Assembly (NCBI GenBank): GCA_965153355.1
Contig: OZ231126.1
Coordinates: forward strand, 3,100,001 to 3,164,000
Source of the DNA: Flaccisagitta enflata
Taxonomy: Eukaryota
DNA length: 64,000 nt
Reading direction: 5' to 3'
Shown: piece by piece, positions 12,930 through 28,498 of the stretch
Position numbering within the stretch: position 1 is the stretch's first letter
Layout of the letters: every line of letters starts with the position of its first letter
The notes under the pieces: generated by a model
What the model saw: the letters and a program-made list of their open reading frames with translations, nothing else
The model's database searches: none
What the model was told of the DNA's origin: nothing
Position numbers and translations under genes: made by a program

Positions 12930-13819
12930 TTTTGTTACTTACGTGAGATAATTTCTGATCATAGAAAAAGCACATCTTGATTCTGATGTGATTGGAGGCT
13001 TCTCTGGAACCACCTCAAGCGCAACTGTGTTTTGATGGTCACAAATTTTGTCTGACATTGCGCGCTGTGGCCTTTTCTTGGACCAAATAATCGGAACAAT
13101 TTTTGTCTTATCTTGTTTTCAACTACCTGAAGATGCTTTCAAAAAATTTGATTTATACTATTATTGATTATTAGAATTGATGATATTAATATCAATCAAT
13201 TTGATATCATTAATATCATAGTATTAACAACCGTCGATTGGAAAGACAAAATGTGGAAAACAGCGATCAATTTGTCGTCCCTCTGCCATTGGAAGTAAAA
13301 GAGGTGTGACATTGCATTTGATGGATAATTCATTTGGGTGTGCCATTTTTCATTAGTTCTTTTGATCTGACCCCTCGAATCGAAGAATAAATAGATAGAA
13401 ATTATATGTATGTTAGTGTTTTGTTTGTTTTTTTTTTTTTTTGTTTTTTTTTTCTTTTTTTGATGTTTTGTTACATGCTACACAATACTAAAAGCTATTT
13501 TTTGTTGGTTGGTAGGTCAGTCTTTTGGTTGAACGGTCAGTCAACCAGCTAGGTGACCTGCCTATTGTTCTTTTTTTTTACTCTTATTATTAAGTCTTTT
13601 TTTGTCAAGATCTCCAACGGATGTCTTGTTTTTTTCATCAGTTTCATTCATTCATTCATTCATTCATTCATTCATTCATTCATTCATTCATTCATTCATT
13701 CATTCATTCATTCATACAAACATACAGGTGGTTAGTTAATATTGTTTTTATAAGGGCGCTCAATTACTTGTTAACTATCATATTATCTTATATACTAAAG
13801 AAAGAAGAATGGGGGCATC

Positions 13820-14548
13820 CTCTGAATCACGAATTTCATGCTTAAGTTAGAGTTATTTCCACTGAAGCACACCCTAGTGCTTCAGTGGACTGAGAAATAA
13901 CTAGTGTTTTTTGCAATTCGAGTTTCAGTGGAATCGAACATAACTGATTTTGTCACAGTAGATCAAAGTTATCTTTTTAGCCAAATAAATCAATAAATCC
14001 ACTGTTTTTTTTTCTTTACTTAAGTGTACTTACTAAGTATATGAAAATTGAAACAATATCCCTCACTATACTCAATCTAAACAAATGGAAAAGGGCCTTG
14101 TGAACCCTCACCGGCTAGTGACTCCTTACATCACTCCTAGTTTTCTACAAAACAGAACCTGGAAAATCTGTAAATACCAAAAAGAGAAGATGTTTTGACA
14201 TCAACTTAGTTATTATCCCTTAAAAAAAATTGCAGGTGAGAAAATTTTTTAATTTGACAACATAAAACTTTAAATGATAGTTAAAAAATCAACAATAAAA
14301 ACAATATTCATAAGGTAAAAATTTGGAGATATTTGAAGATGAAAAAAAAAATTTTGTTTCAATTCAAAAAAATCAAATTAGTTTCTTACTTCTCTGAAAT
14401 ATTTGCACTCAGTCATTGCTGTATAAAAAGAGGTCAAGAATCAATCCACTAAAGCACGAATTTCAATTCCACTGAAGCACGAAGTAGTGCTTCAGTGGAA
14501 TAGGCCTTGACTGGCCTTATTTTTAGATCAGAGTTCGTGATTCAGTGA
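13820..14548. mobile_element. Non-autonomous element with subterminal CCACTGAAGCAC hairpins
   Basis: CTGAATCACGAA / TTCGTGATTCAG inverted ends, and hairpins CCACTGAAGCAC-n-GTGCTTCAGTGG at about 13859 and 14469. Confidence 0.55.
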
Positions 14549-15044
14549 ATAGGCTAGAAGAATGTTTGAAGAAAGTTTTGGATTAATACAAATTCTGGGG
14601 TTAGTAACTTTTATCAATCAGACCCAAAAAAAAGGTAATATCATATCATATCATTTTAGACATTAGTTCTTAGCGAAGGATACCTCAGATTAGACTTAAT
14701 TTTGAATATTGGCTGACCCAATTGATTCTTGTTATGTGCTATATTTGTCTAGCCTGTTGGCTTTCGGAGTGGCATGCTCCTTTGTATTTGTTTGGTGTGT
14801 GTTTCGTCCCGGCCGTTCCCAACTGGAGAATCTATTTTCCAGCTCAGAATCATCACTTGGTCGGTTGCTTTAATAATACAATGGTTGATTCGATAATACC
14901 TTGGTTGGTTTGATAACATGTTGGTTGGTTTGTTGGTTGGATCATTTCAAATCATTTCAATCAAACTCTACGAATTCATCCTATTCTTTGTCTCCTACAG
15001 CGAATATATAGAATTTATAGTCTCTTGGAAATTGAAATGATGTA

Positions 15045-15635
15045 CTATATAGAGCAAAAGTATGGAAACACTTAAGTTAATGCATAGTTTATGCAAAAAT
15101 TTTCTATAAAAAAAACTTAAAAATATATCAGATATCTATTTAAACATCTTGGGGGTTCAACAAGTCATTGAGTATGGGTTTTTGAACATTTTCAAATAAA
15201 TGATAGAGATAAATGCATTATGTATCTTCCTTTCCATGAAAACTGTTTAGGATCATTCTTTAGTCCGTATTTTGTACTTTTTTAGCTTTTTTTGCAACCA
15301 CAGTGATTCAGTGGGGTTGGAATTAGCCAATAAAATACAATGAGTCCATGGCACTGTAGAAGGGACAAAAGATTAGATAATTCAATTTATCTTTAAAATC
15401 ATATTATCACTTGAAGCAGAAATCTCTTAATAAAAATTTATATATTATTCAGTTGAGGTACATGTTTTGTTTTGCTTGTCATTTCTTAACAGCTTGAGCT
15501 AGACAAATGCGGTTTGCGGCATTGAGTCAGAAACTTTAAGAAGTTTCAGAATCTCTCTGATTTTGATATAAACTTGTTATTTTAAGCAGAGTTATGGCTA
15601 TGAATTGCGTGTTTCCATACTTATGCTCTAGATAG
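15045..15635. mobile_element. Tc1-type MITE
   Basis: TA|CTATATAGAGCAAAAGTATGGAAACAC ... GTGTTTCCATACTTATGCTCTAGATAG|TA. Confidence 0.85.
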
Positions 15636-18067
15636 TAAATCCAACAATGACAACAGCTCAAATCTTTTAGTCCCTTGTGATCGGTTTTTGCGGAACTTGG
15701 AAGCGGTAGACCACTCCCGATTTGATGTGTGGAATAGCTATACCAGAATTTTCACTCATTCATGTCTGGGCATCGGGTACCGCTAACCATGTGCGGTCCT
15801 TGGATTACTTGTTAGACTCTCCCAGCGGCGATCATTTTTACACATGAATTGTAAATTGAAAGTGGAAGCAGAAGCAAAAGCGGAAGCGGAAGCAAAATCG
15901 GAAGCGGAAGCGGAAGCGGAAGCGGAAGCGGAAGCGGAAGCAAAAGCGGAAGCGGCATGAAAACCGACCATTTGCGCAGTTGCGGATCTTTCATGACTGT
16001 AACCCTCTAATTTGGGGTGGTAACTCGTCTAAATTCAATAAAGAGTTTGCTATAGCAATGAAAATGACACTTTGTGATGTGTTTATGCATCATAGGTTAA
16101 TTCCATCCAGGTTAGGCAAAAAAAAAAAACATTGGATTTCTACAGTATGCTTGTTTTCGTTTGCAACTTTACAGGAGAACGTAATTCAAAAAATATTTAA
16201 GATAATTAAATTCTGAAAAAAGCTCTAAAAAGATCAGGAAAATACATTTTATGATATATCAGTCAAAGGATCTCTTTAGAGACAATTGATACTCTTAACA
16301 TTAAAGGAACCATAAAACTTACTTGACAAATTGGCAAATTGATAAATTTGGCAAAATTTGACAAATGGACTGTTTATCTTGAAATTTTTCTTATTTCCAA
16401 ACGGTTTGAGCTACAGATGCCAGATTGGTCTCAAATGAAAGATAATTTGGAGTAGTTTTTAAGTCTTCTTAAAACTAAGCTCTGATTTGATGTCTTGAAT
16501 ACATTTTCCACACTATCAGCAGGAACTCTTGCTAGAATTTCAAAAAAGATCCCATTTCTTTAACATTTTCTATGATACATGTTTCAAAATAGGTTTCTTT
16601 CTTTTTATTTTCTAAAACTACATCAAATTTTCTTTCATTTGAGACCAACCTAGTATCTGTAGGTCAAATTGTTTAGAAATCTAAAGAAAAACAGTACATC
16701 TCAAAACATTAAAAATAGTCAAATATGCCTTACAACTAACAATAAGATAATTGGATCAAATTTTCATTAAAAAGTCTTAGGAGTTTTATATCATGAAATG
16801 TATTTTCAATATTTTTCAGTATCTTTTTTTAGAAATAGATAATCTCTACAACTTTTGGAGTTATGTCGTCATGAAATGTTGCAAACAAAAACAATCATAC
16901 TGTAGTTGAGTTTCCCCCTCCCCTCTAAAATAAAAGGGTTTGGAGATGGGGAAAAAAATTAAAAGCTAGAAAAGAAGAAAAAAAAATTTTTGAAGATTTA
17001 ACACTTTTGATGGTTCTAAAAAGTGACATTTGATAACTACAACACAATTTGATACTATTCAAACTCAAATTTTACCATATGCTGTATGGGGTAGAAAATC
17101 AAACAATTCTTCGACCGGCCGGAAAAGAAAATCAGGGGGAATGAAAAAAAGCCACTCAACTTTATACACCCCTGATTAGCGGTCTTTACCTCCAAGGGTC
17201 ATCTCTACTATTCATTAATGTAAAATTACGCGAAAGAATGCCCTCAAATTCAAAACAACTTTCTGACAGACGGATGGACGGATGGAAGGACGGATGAATG
17301 GACGGACAGACGTAAAAATGGTCGGACTGATGGATAGACTGATGGACTGATGGACGGACAAACGGATGGATGGACCAACGGACGGATGGACGGGCGGACA
17401 GGGTTGCAGGTTTTTTGTTGATGAGAGAGTCACATCATTTGAAACAAGCCCAACAGGTCAACAATCGCGTGCTCCATTTAACAAGTACACACACAACTAC
17501 ATGCATACACACTGCTTCCTTCCTTCCTCCCTTCTTTCCTCCCTCCCTTTCTTCCTCCCTTCCTTCCTCACTCCCTTCCCTTCTGTCTCCCTTCCTCCCT
17601 CCCTTCTTTCCCTCCTTTCTCCTCCCTTTCTTCCTTCCTCCCTCCCTCCCTCCCTACCTTCCTTCAGAAAAAAACAACTTATTTTACCTTATAATACTCC
17701 AAATTTTATCACTTTCACTTTGAAGAGCCTTCATGAGAAGGCCATCCTATTTCGTCAATCTAGAGAGGGTGACTGATCAATCATAATTGGCTGCATTTTC
17801 CATAAGTGTCATTGGCTCCCTTTTCCAAAAGGGTCATTGATTCGGAAACCTGAACATTATCATTTAGGTCGTAACCTTTTTTCCTAAAATACCAGACAAT
17901 TGATGAAACCTGCTTCTAACTAAACTTTCTATGATTCTCTCTATCTTCAAAAAAACCTGTTTAACTTTCAAATCATTGATTCAAATTCATAAAAGTCGGA
18001 ACAGAAGAAAAGACAAGGAATGGAAATTTTTATTTAATGAGGTAGAATCAACAAAACATCAATTTAT

Positions 18068-20017
<1,950 letters not shown>

Positions 20018-20260
20018 CGAATGCTGATTCGGGAGATCCTTGAAGGGTTTTTAACATTTTTATCGAATTGGTTTTGGTTTTTCCTTTTTAGTTTTTTTGG
20101 GGTCCATTACAAATTTGAATAAAGACTTATCACGTTCATTATCTTTTTTCGTTCATTTTGTGTTTCGTTGTAGATTTCTTTTTTTTTTTTTTTTTTTTAT
20201 CTCTGTTTTGTTTTTTTTCGATGCTCGGCAAACGCTTGCTATGAAAGGCAGAGTAGTAAG

Positions 20261-20915
20261 ATGAATTCTGATGTCGTTTATGGTGTCATCTCACTACCCA
20301 TGTCTTTCACGGCACACGCAGCAAAGATGAATTCTGATGTAGTTTATGGCGTCATCTCATTACCCATTTCTTTCACAGCACACGCAGTAAAGATAAATTC
20401 TGATGTCGTTTATGGCGTCATCTCTCTACCTATGTCTTCCACAGCACATGCAGCAAAGATGAATTCTGATATTGTTTTTGGTGTCATCTCACTACCTGTG
20501 TCTTTCATGGCACACGCAGCAAAGATGAATTTTGATGTTGTTAATGGCGTCATCTCACTACCCATGTTTTTCACGGCACATGCAGCAAAGATGAATTCTG
20601 ATATCAGTTGTGGTGTCATCTCTCTACCCATGTCTTTCACAGCACACGCAGCAAAGATGAATTCTGATATTGATTCTTGTATCATCTCACTGTCCATGTC
20701 TTTCACGGCAGGCGCAGCTAAAATGAATTCTGATATTGTTTCTGGTGTCATTTCACTACTCACGTCTTTCACGGCACATGCAGCAAAGATAATGTCATTT
20801 ATATTGTCATCTCGCTACCCATGTTGTTCACGGCACATGCAGCAAAAAAAATGTTGTTTATGGTGTCATCACACTACCCATGTCTCTCACGGCACACGCA
20901 GCAAAGATGAAAATT
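20261..20915 (+). repeat. 66-bp minisatellite, about 10 copies
   Basis: Unit ATGAATTCTGATGTCGTTTATGGTGTCATCTCACTACCCATGTCTTTCACGGCACACGCAGCAAAG; the last copies carry indels. Confidence 0.95.
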
Positions 20916-21760
20916 GTAGGAAGCAGCAAACATGATGATCATTTGGTGGTACAAGCAGCAAACAAGATGATCGTTTGATAGTTGTGTACTAACAGCAAAC
21001 ATGACAATCGTTTGATGATAATTGGACTTAATTCGTTTTGATGGTATAATCAGCAAAGATGATAATTGCAACTTATTTGTTTAAACTTCCAAGCAGCACG
21101 GTACTACGATTGCGCTTGATTCGATTGACAATATAACAGCAAGATGATTGTACTTAGTAGCAAGAAATTATGATGCATTTAGTAAAAAGTATATGCCTAA
21201 GGAATTCTGATAGTGTTTCAAAAGACCATATTTTAGGTATGTATGTGTATGTAATGGAAGCTTACACTGTATAAATGTCCATATTATTTCCGGATTTTTT
21301 TTAATTTCTGTTTCCTTTTGATTAAGTGTATGAGTTTTATGTAGGATGAATTGTTGCACATGTCACGTAGCAAAACAGCACATGATTTGTATGATGGTAA
21401 AAATCACAGAAACAATGGTTTGATTCTAAAACCCGCTATCTCGGTCCGTCGATCGGTTGGTCCATTTGTCGGTTAGTAGCAAAAGGCTTTTCTGGCGATT
21501 TTTAAAAAAAAATCATCTTAGATTTTGGACACTAAACAAAAATATTCTTTTTACAGAGATGCTACATAAAGAAATTGTCCAGAACCAACAATCAAGGTAA
21601 TTTCTCATAGTCATAGCACCCATGTCAAGTCGCCCAAAAAAAAAAAGATTGTTTAAGTGTTAGGGTAGAGAGGGTTAATTTGAATCACCAGGAGTTATAG
21701 GGGTCACCTACTTAGTTCGAAGAATCTGAGGAAAAAATTGGCAATTTTGTTGATCAAGGG

Positions 21761-22048
21761 AGATTTACATTTAGTTTAGATTTTCATTTAGTTTAGATTT
21801 ACATTTAGTTTAGATTTACATTTAGTTTAGATTTACATTTAGTTTAGGTTTATATTTATCAAGATTTACATTTACGGTTTAAATTTACATTTACATCGGC
21901 AATTTTGATGATCAAGGGAGATTTTGATTTTGGTATTTGTATGAGTTTTCTAGGATGAACTGTTGCACATGTCACATTTAGTTTAGATTTACATTCAGTT
22001 TAGATTTACATTTGATTTATACTTACATTTAGTTTAGATTTACATTTT
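21761..22048. repeat. 17-bp minisatellite (TTTAGATTTACATTTAG), two blocks
   Basis: Direct tandem copies at about 21761-21895 and 21975-22048. Confidence 0.85.
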
Positions 22049-22381
22049 GTTTGTCTATTTCTCGATGAAAACGGAAATTTTGCAGAAACTCATACTAGGG
22101 CTGAATAAAGTAGGTTACCATATTTACCACATTGCCCTCTGACAGGGATTAATACTGTCTGCACAGTTTAAGATACTGAATATAAGTTGACTTATTGTGA
22201 AACACACTCGCATCATTCCGTTATATGCCACCATGTGATTTGGTCAGAAGCCCCAAACTCCACTCGCATCATTCCGTCTTTGCCAATCATTTTTAGTTGC
22301 GTGAGTGATGCTTTCTTGGGTTTGTTTTAATCCACGCGATGATATGTTGTAATCCGAGGTCGCTGGTTCGAGCTGGTTCGG

Positions 22382-22470
<89 letters not shown>

Positions 22471-22644
22471 GCTGTCATTGTCGTTGTCGCTTTTATTGTC
22501 GCTTTTGTTGTTATTGTTATTTATTGTTGTTGTTGTTATTGTTGTTGTTTTTGTTGTTTATTGTTATTGTTTATTTATTGTTGTTGTTGTTGTCATCCTT
22601 TTATTTATTGTCATTTTGTCATTGTCGTTTCGTTGTCGTTGTCG

Positions 22645-22685
<41 letters not shown>

Positions 22686-23006
22686 GATGATTTGTTGTTG
22701 CTGTTGTTGATTTGTTGTTGCTGTTGTTGTTATCATTGTTGACCATGTAATTTCATCCATATTCTTTCTTTTCAATTTCAAAGGAACCTTTTGGTTATTG
22801 ACAAAATCGGCGTTTGTAAGTTTTCTTTCTTCATCAGAAAGAAAAACTTTTAATCTTGCCTGAGATAGAGACAGAGACGCTCTTAGGTGGTAAAGTGGTA
22901 AAGTGGTGAAGTGGTAAAGTAAAGGCTGTAGACGAGGAGGAGGAGGAGGAGGAGGAGGAGGAGTGGATCAAAAAAACAGAGAGGTATTAGCATGCGTTTG
23001 TGGCAT

Positions 23007-23100
<94 letters not shown>

Positions 23101-23105
23101 CAGAG

Positions 23106-23150
<45 letters not shown>

Positions 23151-24084
23151 GACACAGTGAGAGATAGAGAGGTGACAATGAAATAACCGCAAGAGGAGAA
23201 TTGCAACTTGAAGAGATGCAAAGAAAACAAAGAAAGCCGAGCCTAAAGGGCGTGTAAGCAGATTAGAATCGAGAGAGGGACGGACGGACAGATAATAGAT
23301 GGACGGACGATCGGATAAACGAACAGATTGATCAACGGACAAGTAAGCGTACTTGCGACGAAAGACGGGAAGATTGATGTTAGATTCAGACGTACAATCA
23401 ATGAACAATAACAATCAAGTCGTCAAGCTCTAGTTTTCTTGGAAATCCTTTTTTTTCTCAATTCTAAAAATTAGGAATAAAACTATTGTCACTACATTTT
23501 GTCATCCTGTGACTGCCTTATCCATCAATGAGAGTGCTAGCCCACGTCTATATGCGGTCGTAACTGTCGGTCCTTTGGTCGGTCGCTCATTCGTTTGGTC
23601 GGTTAGCAGGTCCGTTGGTCGGTTGGTCGCGCAAACGTCAGATGACCATTGACCATTGACCAACCCAGCGAAACTACTGGCCTACTAGGCTGTTTTATCA
23701 TATTTTTGCCTGTACCGAAAGTTAAAGAGAATAAAGACAGTTGAATACAGATAGACAGAAAAGGAGAGCCAAGTGAAAGGCCAAAAATTGAAGGCAGTTG
23801 GACGGAAACGGGGAGACAGAAAAGGCAATAGAAAGACAGGGACGAATGCGCGGATAGGGGAGGACAGATACCGATGTACGGGCATGAATAAAACTAAATG
23901 GGAGATGTACGGACATGAAAGGCCGGAGAGATCTGTGCGGACTTGGAATGAGAGCGTCAGAGGTACGGACAAATAAGAACCGATGCAAGAACATGGATAA
24001 TGGATTAAGAGGAAGAGATGCACGGAAAAGATGGAAGGATGGAATCAAAGACAGAAACAGATGGAACACGGTGGGACGGAATCA

Positions 24085-24255
24085 GATATACGGACTTGGT
24101 GAGGCAGAAATATGACAAGGCGGAAGCCAATGTACGGACTCGGTAAGGCGAGAAGAGAAGGGAGGACACTGACAAGGCGGAAGCCAATGTACGGACTCGG
24201 TAAGGCGAGAAGAGAAGGGAAGACACTGACAAGGCGGGGGAAAATGTACGGACAT
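24085..24255. repeat. 57-bp tandem repeat, about 3 copies
   Basis: TGACAAGGCGGAAGCCAATGTACGGACTCGGTAAGGCGAGAAGAGAAGGG... is repeated. Confidence 0.8.
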
Positions 24256-24403
24256 GGAGAGATGGTTTGTCTGTACAGAAAACTTTCTCCTTGGACGTTG
24301 GGTCGGAGAAGAATACTTCAATTAGACCCAAATGGAATGATTGGACATGAACTCAGTTGAGTAAACAAAATGGATGTGCGTAAAAATTAACCGTTAAACA
24401 GGA

Positions 24404-24460
<57 letters not shown>

Positions 24461-24787
24461 GAAACCGACAGACAGACACACAGACAGACAGAATTGCAGA
24501 ATGACAGATAGACAAAAACACAAAAAGAGACAGGTAGAAGGGATATGAAAGTGAATTCTTCGCATTGGTAGCAATACAACTTACAAGGGTGAATCAAATC
24601 AAAATAAGCTAGAGTGAAAAGAGATTAAAGTAAATTAAACTTAAGTAAAATGAATAACTTGGCCTTGGATTGGCTATTCCTTGGTCATGAGAGCATCCAT
24701 CGGTATACTGGCCTAACTGGGCAATGATCAATTCAGTCTTTTAGTTCAGTCACTCTCTCTCTCTTTCTCTCTCTTTCTCTTGCTCTT

Positions 24788-24888
<101 letters not shown>

Positions 24889-24889
24889 C

Positions 24890-24997
<108 letters not shown>

Positions 24998-25198
24998 GAA
25001 GCCTGTGAGCATCCGCATTCGACTGCTCTTGAACAAATGGCCCAATACCTTTTTTTTTTATTCTTTTTTTTTTTTTTGACAGTTTTTCTTCTTTTTTTAT
25101 TCTTTTTACTCGTTCGACCCAAAGTATATCTTTCTATCTAACATCCTTCCTTTCTCTCGTATGTTTGAACGAATGTTCGCGAGTGCGTGCGTGCGCGT

Positions 25199-25298
<100 letters not shown>

Positions 25299-25571
25299 AT
25301 GCTTTTTTTGCAACCTTTTTTCGCAACTTACTTTACTCCAATTTCTCTTTGTTTCTTTTTTACCTCTTCTTTATTTTCTTCCTCGTCATTTCTAGCCCGT
25401 CAGTTGGTTGGTTGGTCGGTTGGTCCGTCGGTCAGCCACGTTTGAAAAGTTGTGCGTTTTAGATGTCGCCGCTCCTGCCTAAGTGCCTGATGAGACTCCT
25501 ACATCACTGCTCCTGTCCACGTAACTAAGGTTGCCGAGCATCCTGTCTTGTTATATTTCTACATCTGTTCG

Positions 25572-25632
<61 letters not shown>

Positions 25633-25678
25633 ACTCACTCACTCACTCACTCACTCACTCACTCACTCACTCACTCAC

Positions 25679-25775
<97 letters not shown>

Positions 25776-26611
25776 GTCTTGTCCCACGGTCAGAAATTTC
25801 GATCAATGAAAACCAAGTGACGCAGGGACACAATATCGTTGCGGACGGGTGGGCAGTGGCACACAAACCCCATCCATACCCGCCCATACCCCATGCACAC
25901 TCACACACACATCGACAATCATAACTGCAGCATCATTAATGCACGTTCTCACACTTGTCGACTCGATCATCATGAAAGGACCAAAGATCAATCAGTAAAT
26001 AAGTAAATTGCAGCCATGTCATTCATTGATTCAGTCATTCATTCAGTCATTCAGTCATTCATTCATTCATTCATTCATTCATTCATTCATTTATTCATTC
26101 ACTCATTAATTCATTCATTCAGTCATTCATTCATTCACTCATTTATTCACCAATCAACAGTCATGTTTGTTATTTTTCTATTAGTTCAATCATTCATTTA
26201 TTTATGCATTCATTCATTCATTCATTCATTCATTCAGTCATTCATTCATTCATTCATTCATTTATGCACTCATTCATTCATTCAGTTATTCATTCATTCA
26301 GAGCTCTGAGATCGGCGGATCAGCGGCTATCAGCAGCTCTGCTCATTCATAAAGACTTTCATTTACTTGCATCAAAACCGAAAATTAAAAAAAAAAACGT
26401 TTTCTTTAAAATCAGAATCGCGAAGGAAAAAAATAAAAAGAGGGAAAAAAAATTCAAACATACACACGAGAGAGAGAAAGAGAGAGAGAGAGAGATTAAA
26501 GGAGGGAAGCAAAATTTAAAAAAAAAATGGACTTGAAAACGTAGAAAGGGAAAAAAATTAAAGAGGAAAAAATACTGGTTATATCGTGCAAAGAGGAAAA
26601 CCTTAGTTTTA

Positions 26612-26689
<78 letters not shown>

Positions 26690-26826
26690 CAAACAGATTA
26701 ACAAAGTTGCGGATTGAGAATCCAAGATACAGACAAAGATAGAGGCTCTGAGAATCTGTCAGAGTTGATTATGGAAAAACACGGCCAGGAATCTCGATGG
26801 AGAAAATCTCAATTTTAAGGGTTATG

Positions 26827-27843
26827 AAAAAAAAAAAATGGACCCATCCCAGATTTTTGCACAGGGGACCTAAAAAGGCTGTAGAACAAGATTCTGATGT
26901 TCATTTTGACCTAACTTGAGCCAAAAAAAAAAGAAACGGGTTTTAGTGCAAAAAACAGCTATTTTTCCTAAAAAAATGGCATTAAATGAAATATTTTGGC
27001 CCTTTTTTTTGCAGAAACATAAAGTACCAATAGTAATTGATATTTGAGTGAATGTAGAACAATTTCTAATAGGTCTATGAGGTTCAAAAATAGCATTAAA
27101 ATGCTCAAAAATGAAGAAATGACCTAAGAATTAAAAAATCGTCAAAACTGATGATTTGGAACAGTTTCTTAGGGAAAAATATGCTGTCAGTATGAATTTT
27201 ATCGATTTACTTAAAAAAACATGGCCGTGATAAGCGAAAAACACAAAACCGCAATATGCAAATGAGATCAAAGTGCGGTTTTTGCAAAAAATTGCTTTAA
27301 AGCAAAGAACAGTAAAAAACATGTTTTATAGAAGCTAAACACAATAAAAAATTGAGTTTACCTTTCCAAAGCCATTTTATGCAAAAACTGCACTTTGACC
27401 TCATTTGCATATTGCGGTTTTGCGTTTTTCGCTTATCACGGCCATGTTTTTTTTAGTAAATCGATGAAATTCATACTGACAGCATATTTTACCCTAAGAA
27501 ACTGTTCCAAAACATCAGTTTTGACAATTTTTTAATTTTTAGGTCATTTCTTCATTTTTGAGCATTTTAATGCTATTTTTGAACCTCATAGACCGATTCA
27601 AAATTGTTCTAGAGTCCCTCAAATATCAATTACTATTGGGACTTTATGTTTCTGTAAAAAAAAGTCAAAAACATTTCATTTAATACCATTTTTTAAGGAA
27701 AAATAGCCATTTTTTGCAATAAAACCCGTTTCTTTTTTTTTTTGGCTCAAGTTAGGTCAAAATGGACATCAGAATCTTGTTCTACAGCCTTTTTAGGTCC
27801 CCTGTGCAAAAATCTGGGATGGGTCCATTTTTTTTTTTTTTTT
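26827..27843. mobile_element. ~1-kb foldback (long inverted repeat) element
   Basis: The left arm 26838-27298 is the near-perfect reverse complement of the right arm 27368-27828, around a ~70-bp spacer. Confidence 0.92.
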
Positions 27844-28309
27844 AAGAATTTTGAAAGTGAGGATCCTGGCCGAACAAGGCCAAGTGAAGGCCAATAAGTG
27901 CGCCTCACTTTATTAAGAATTTGTGAATGAACGTTTTTTATGAATGAATGAATGAATGAATGACAATGAATGTGGTGAGGCATGAAAGGTGATAGGAATG
28001 AAGAAACACGTCAGAATCAGCCGTATTGCGCATTTCAAACGTTTGCGTGACCGACCGACCGACCGACCGACCAACCAACCGACCGACCAACCAACCAACC
28101 GACGGACATGACCTCTTATAGAAGTGCGAGGACGCACTTAAAAATGAATAATTGTAAAAGCATGAGATGGTCAGCGGCACCTGAACCCTGCTGTAGTAGT
28201 TTGTGATTAAGATTGAGAGAGGGTGCAGGGCAGCGGCCCCAAAGGGGTTGATAACCTATGCTGTCACACATATGAGGAATTTTCTCCTCCTCCTCCGAGA
28301 TGCTAGGGG

Positions 28310-28463
28310 CTGGCCTGGATCAACCAATAGGCTAAAAAGGCTTAGCCTTAGGCCTCGCGCTTCAGGGGGCCTCGCGCTTTGAGGGGAAAAGGGGAGAGAA
28401 AAAAAAAGGGGAAAAAAAGAAAAAGAAGGAGAAGAAGAAGAAGAAGAAGAAGAAGAAGAATAA

Positions 28464-28498
<35 letters not shown>

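Noticed and set aside
22340-22380. tRNA 3'-half-like sequence AATCCGAGGTCGCTGGTTCGAG
   Set aside because: No 5' half or cloverleaf; too short to call.
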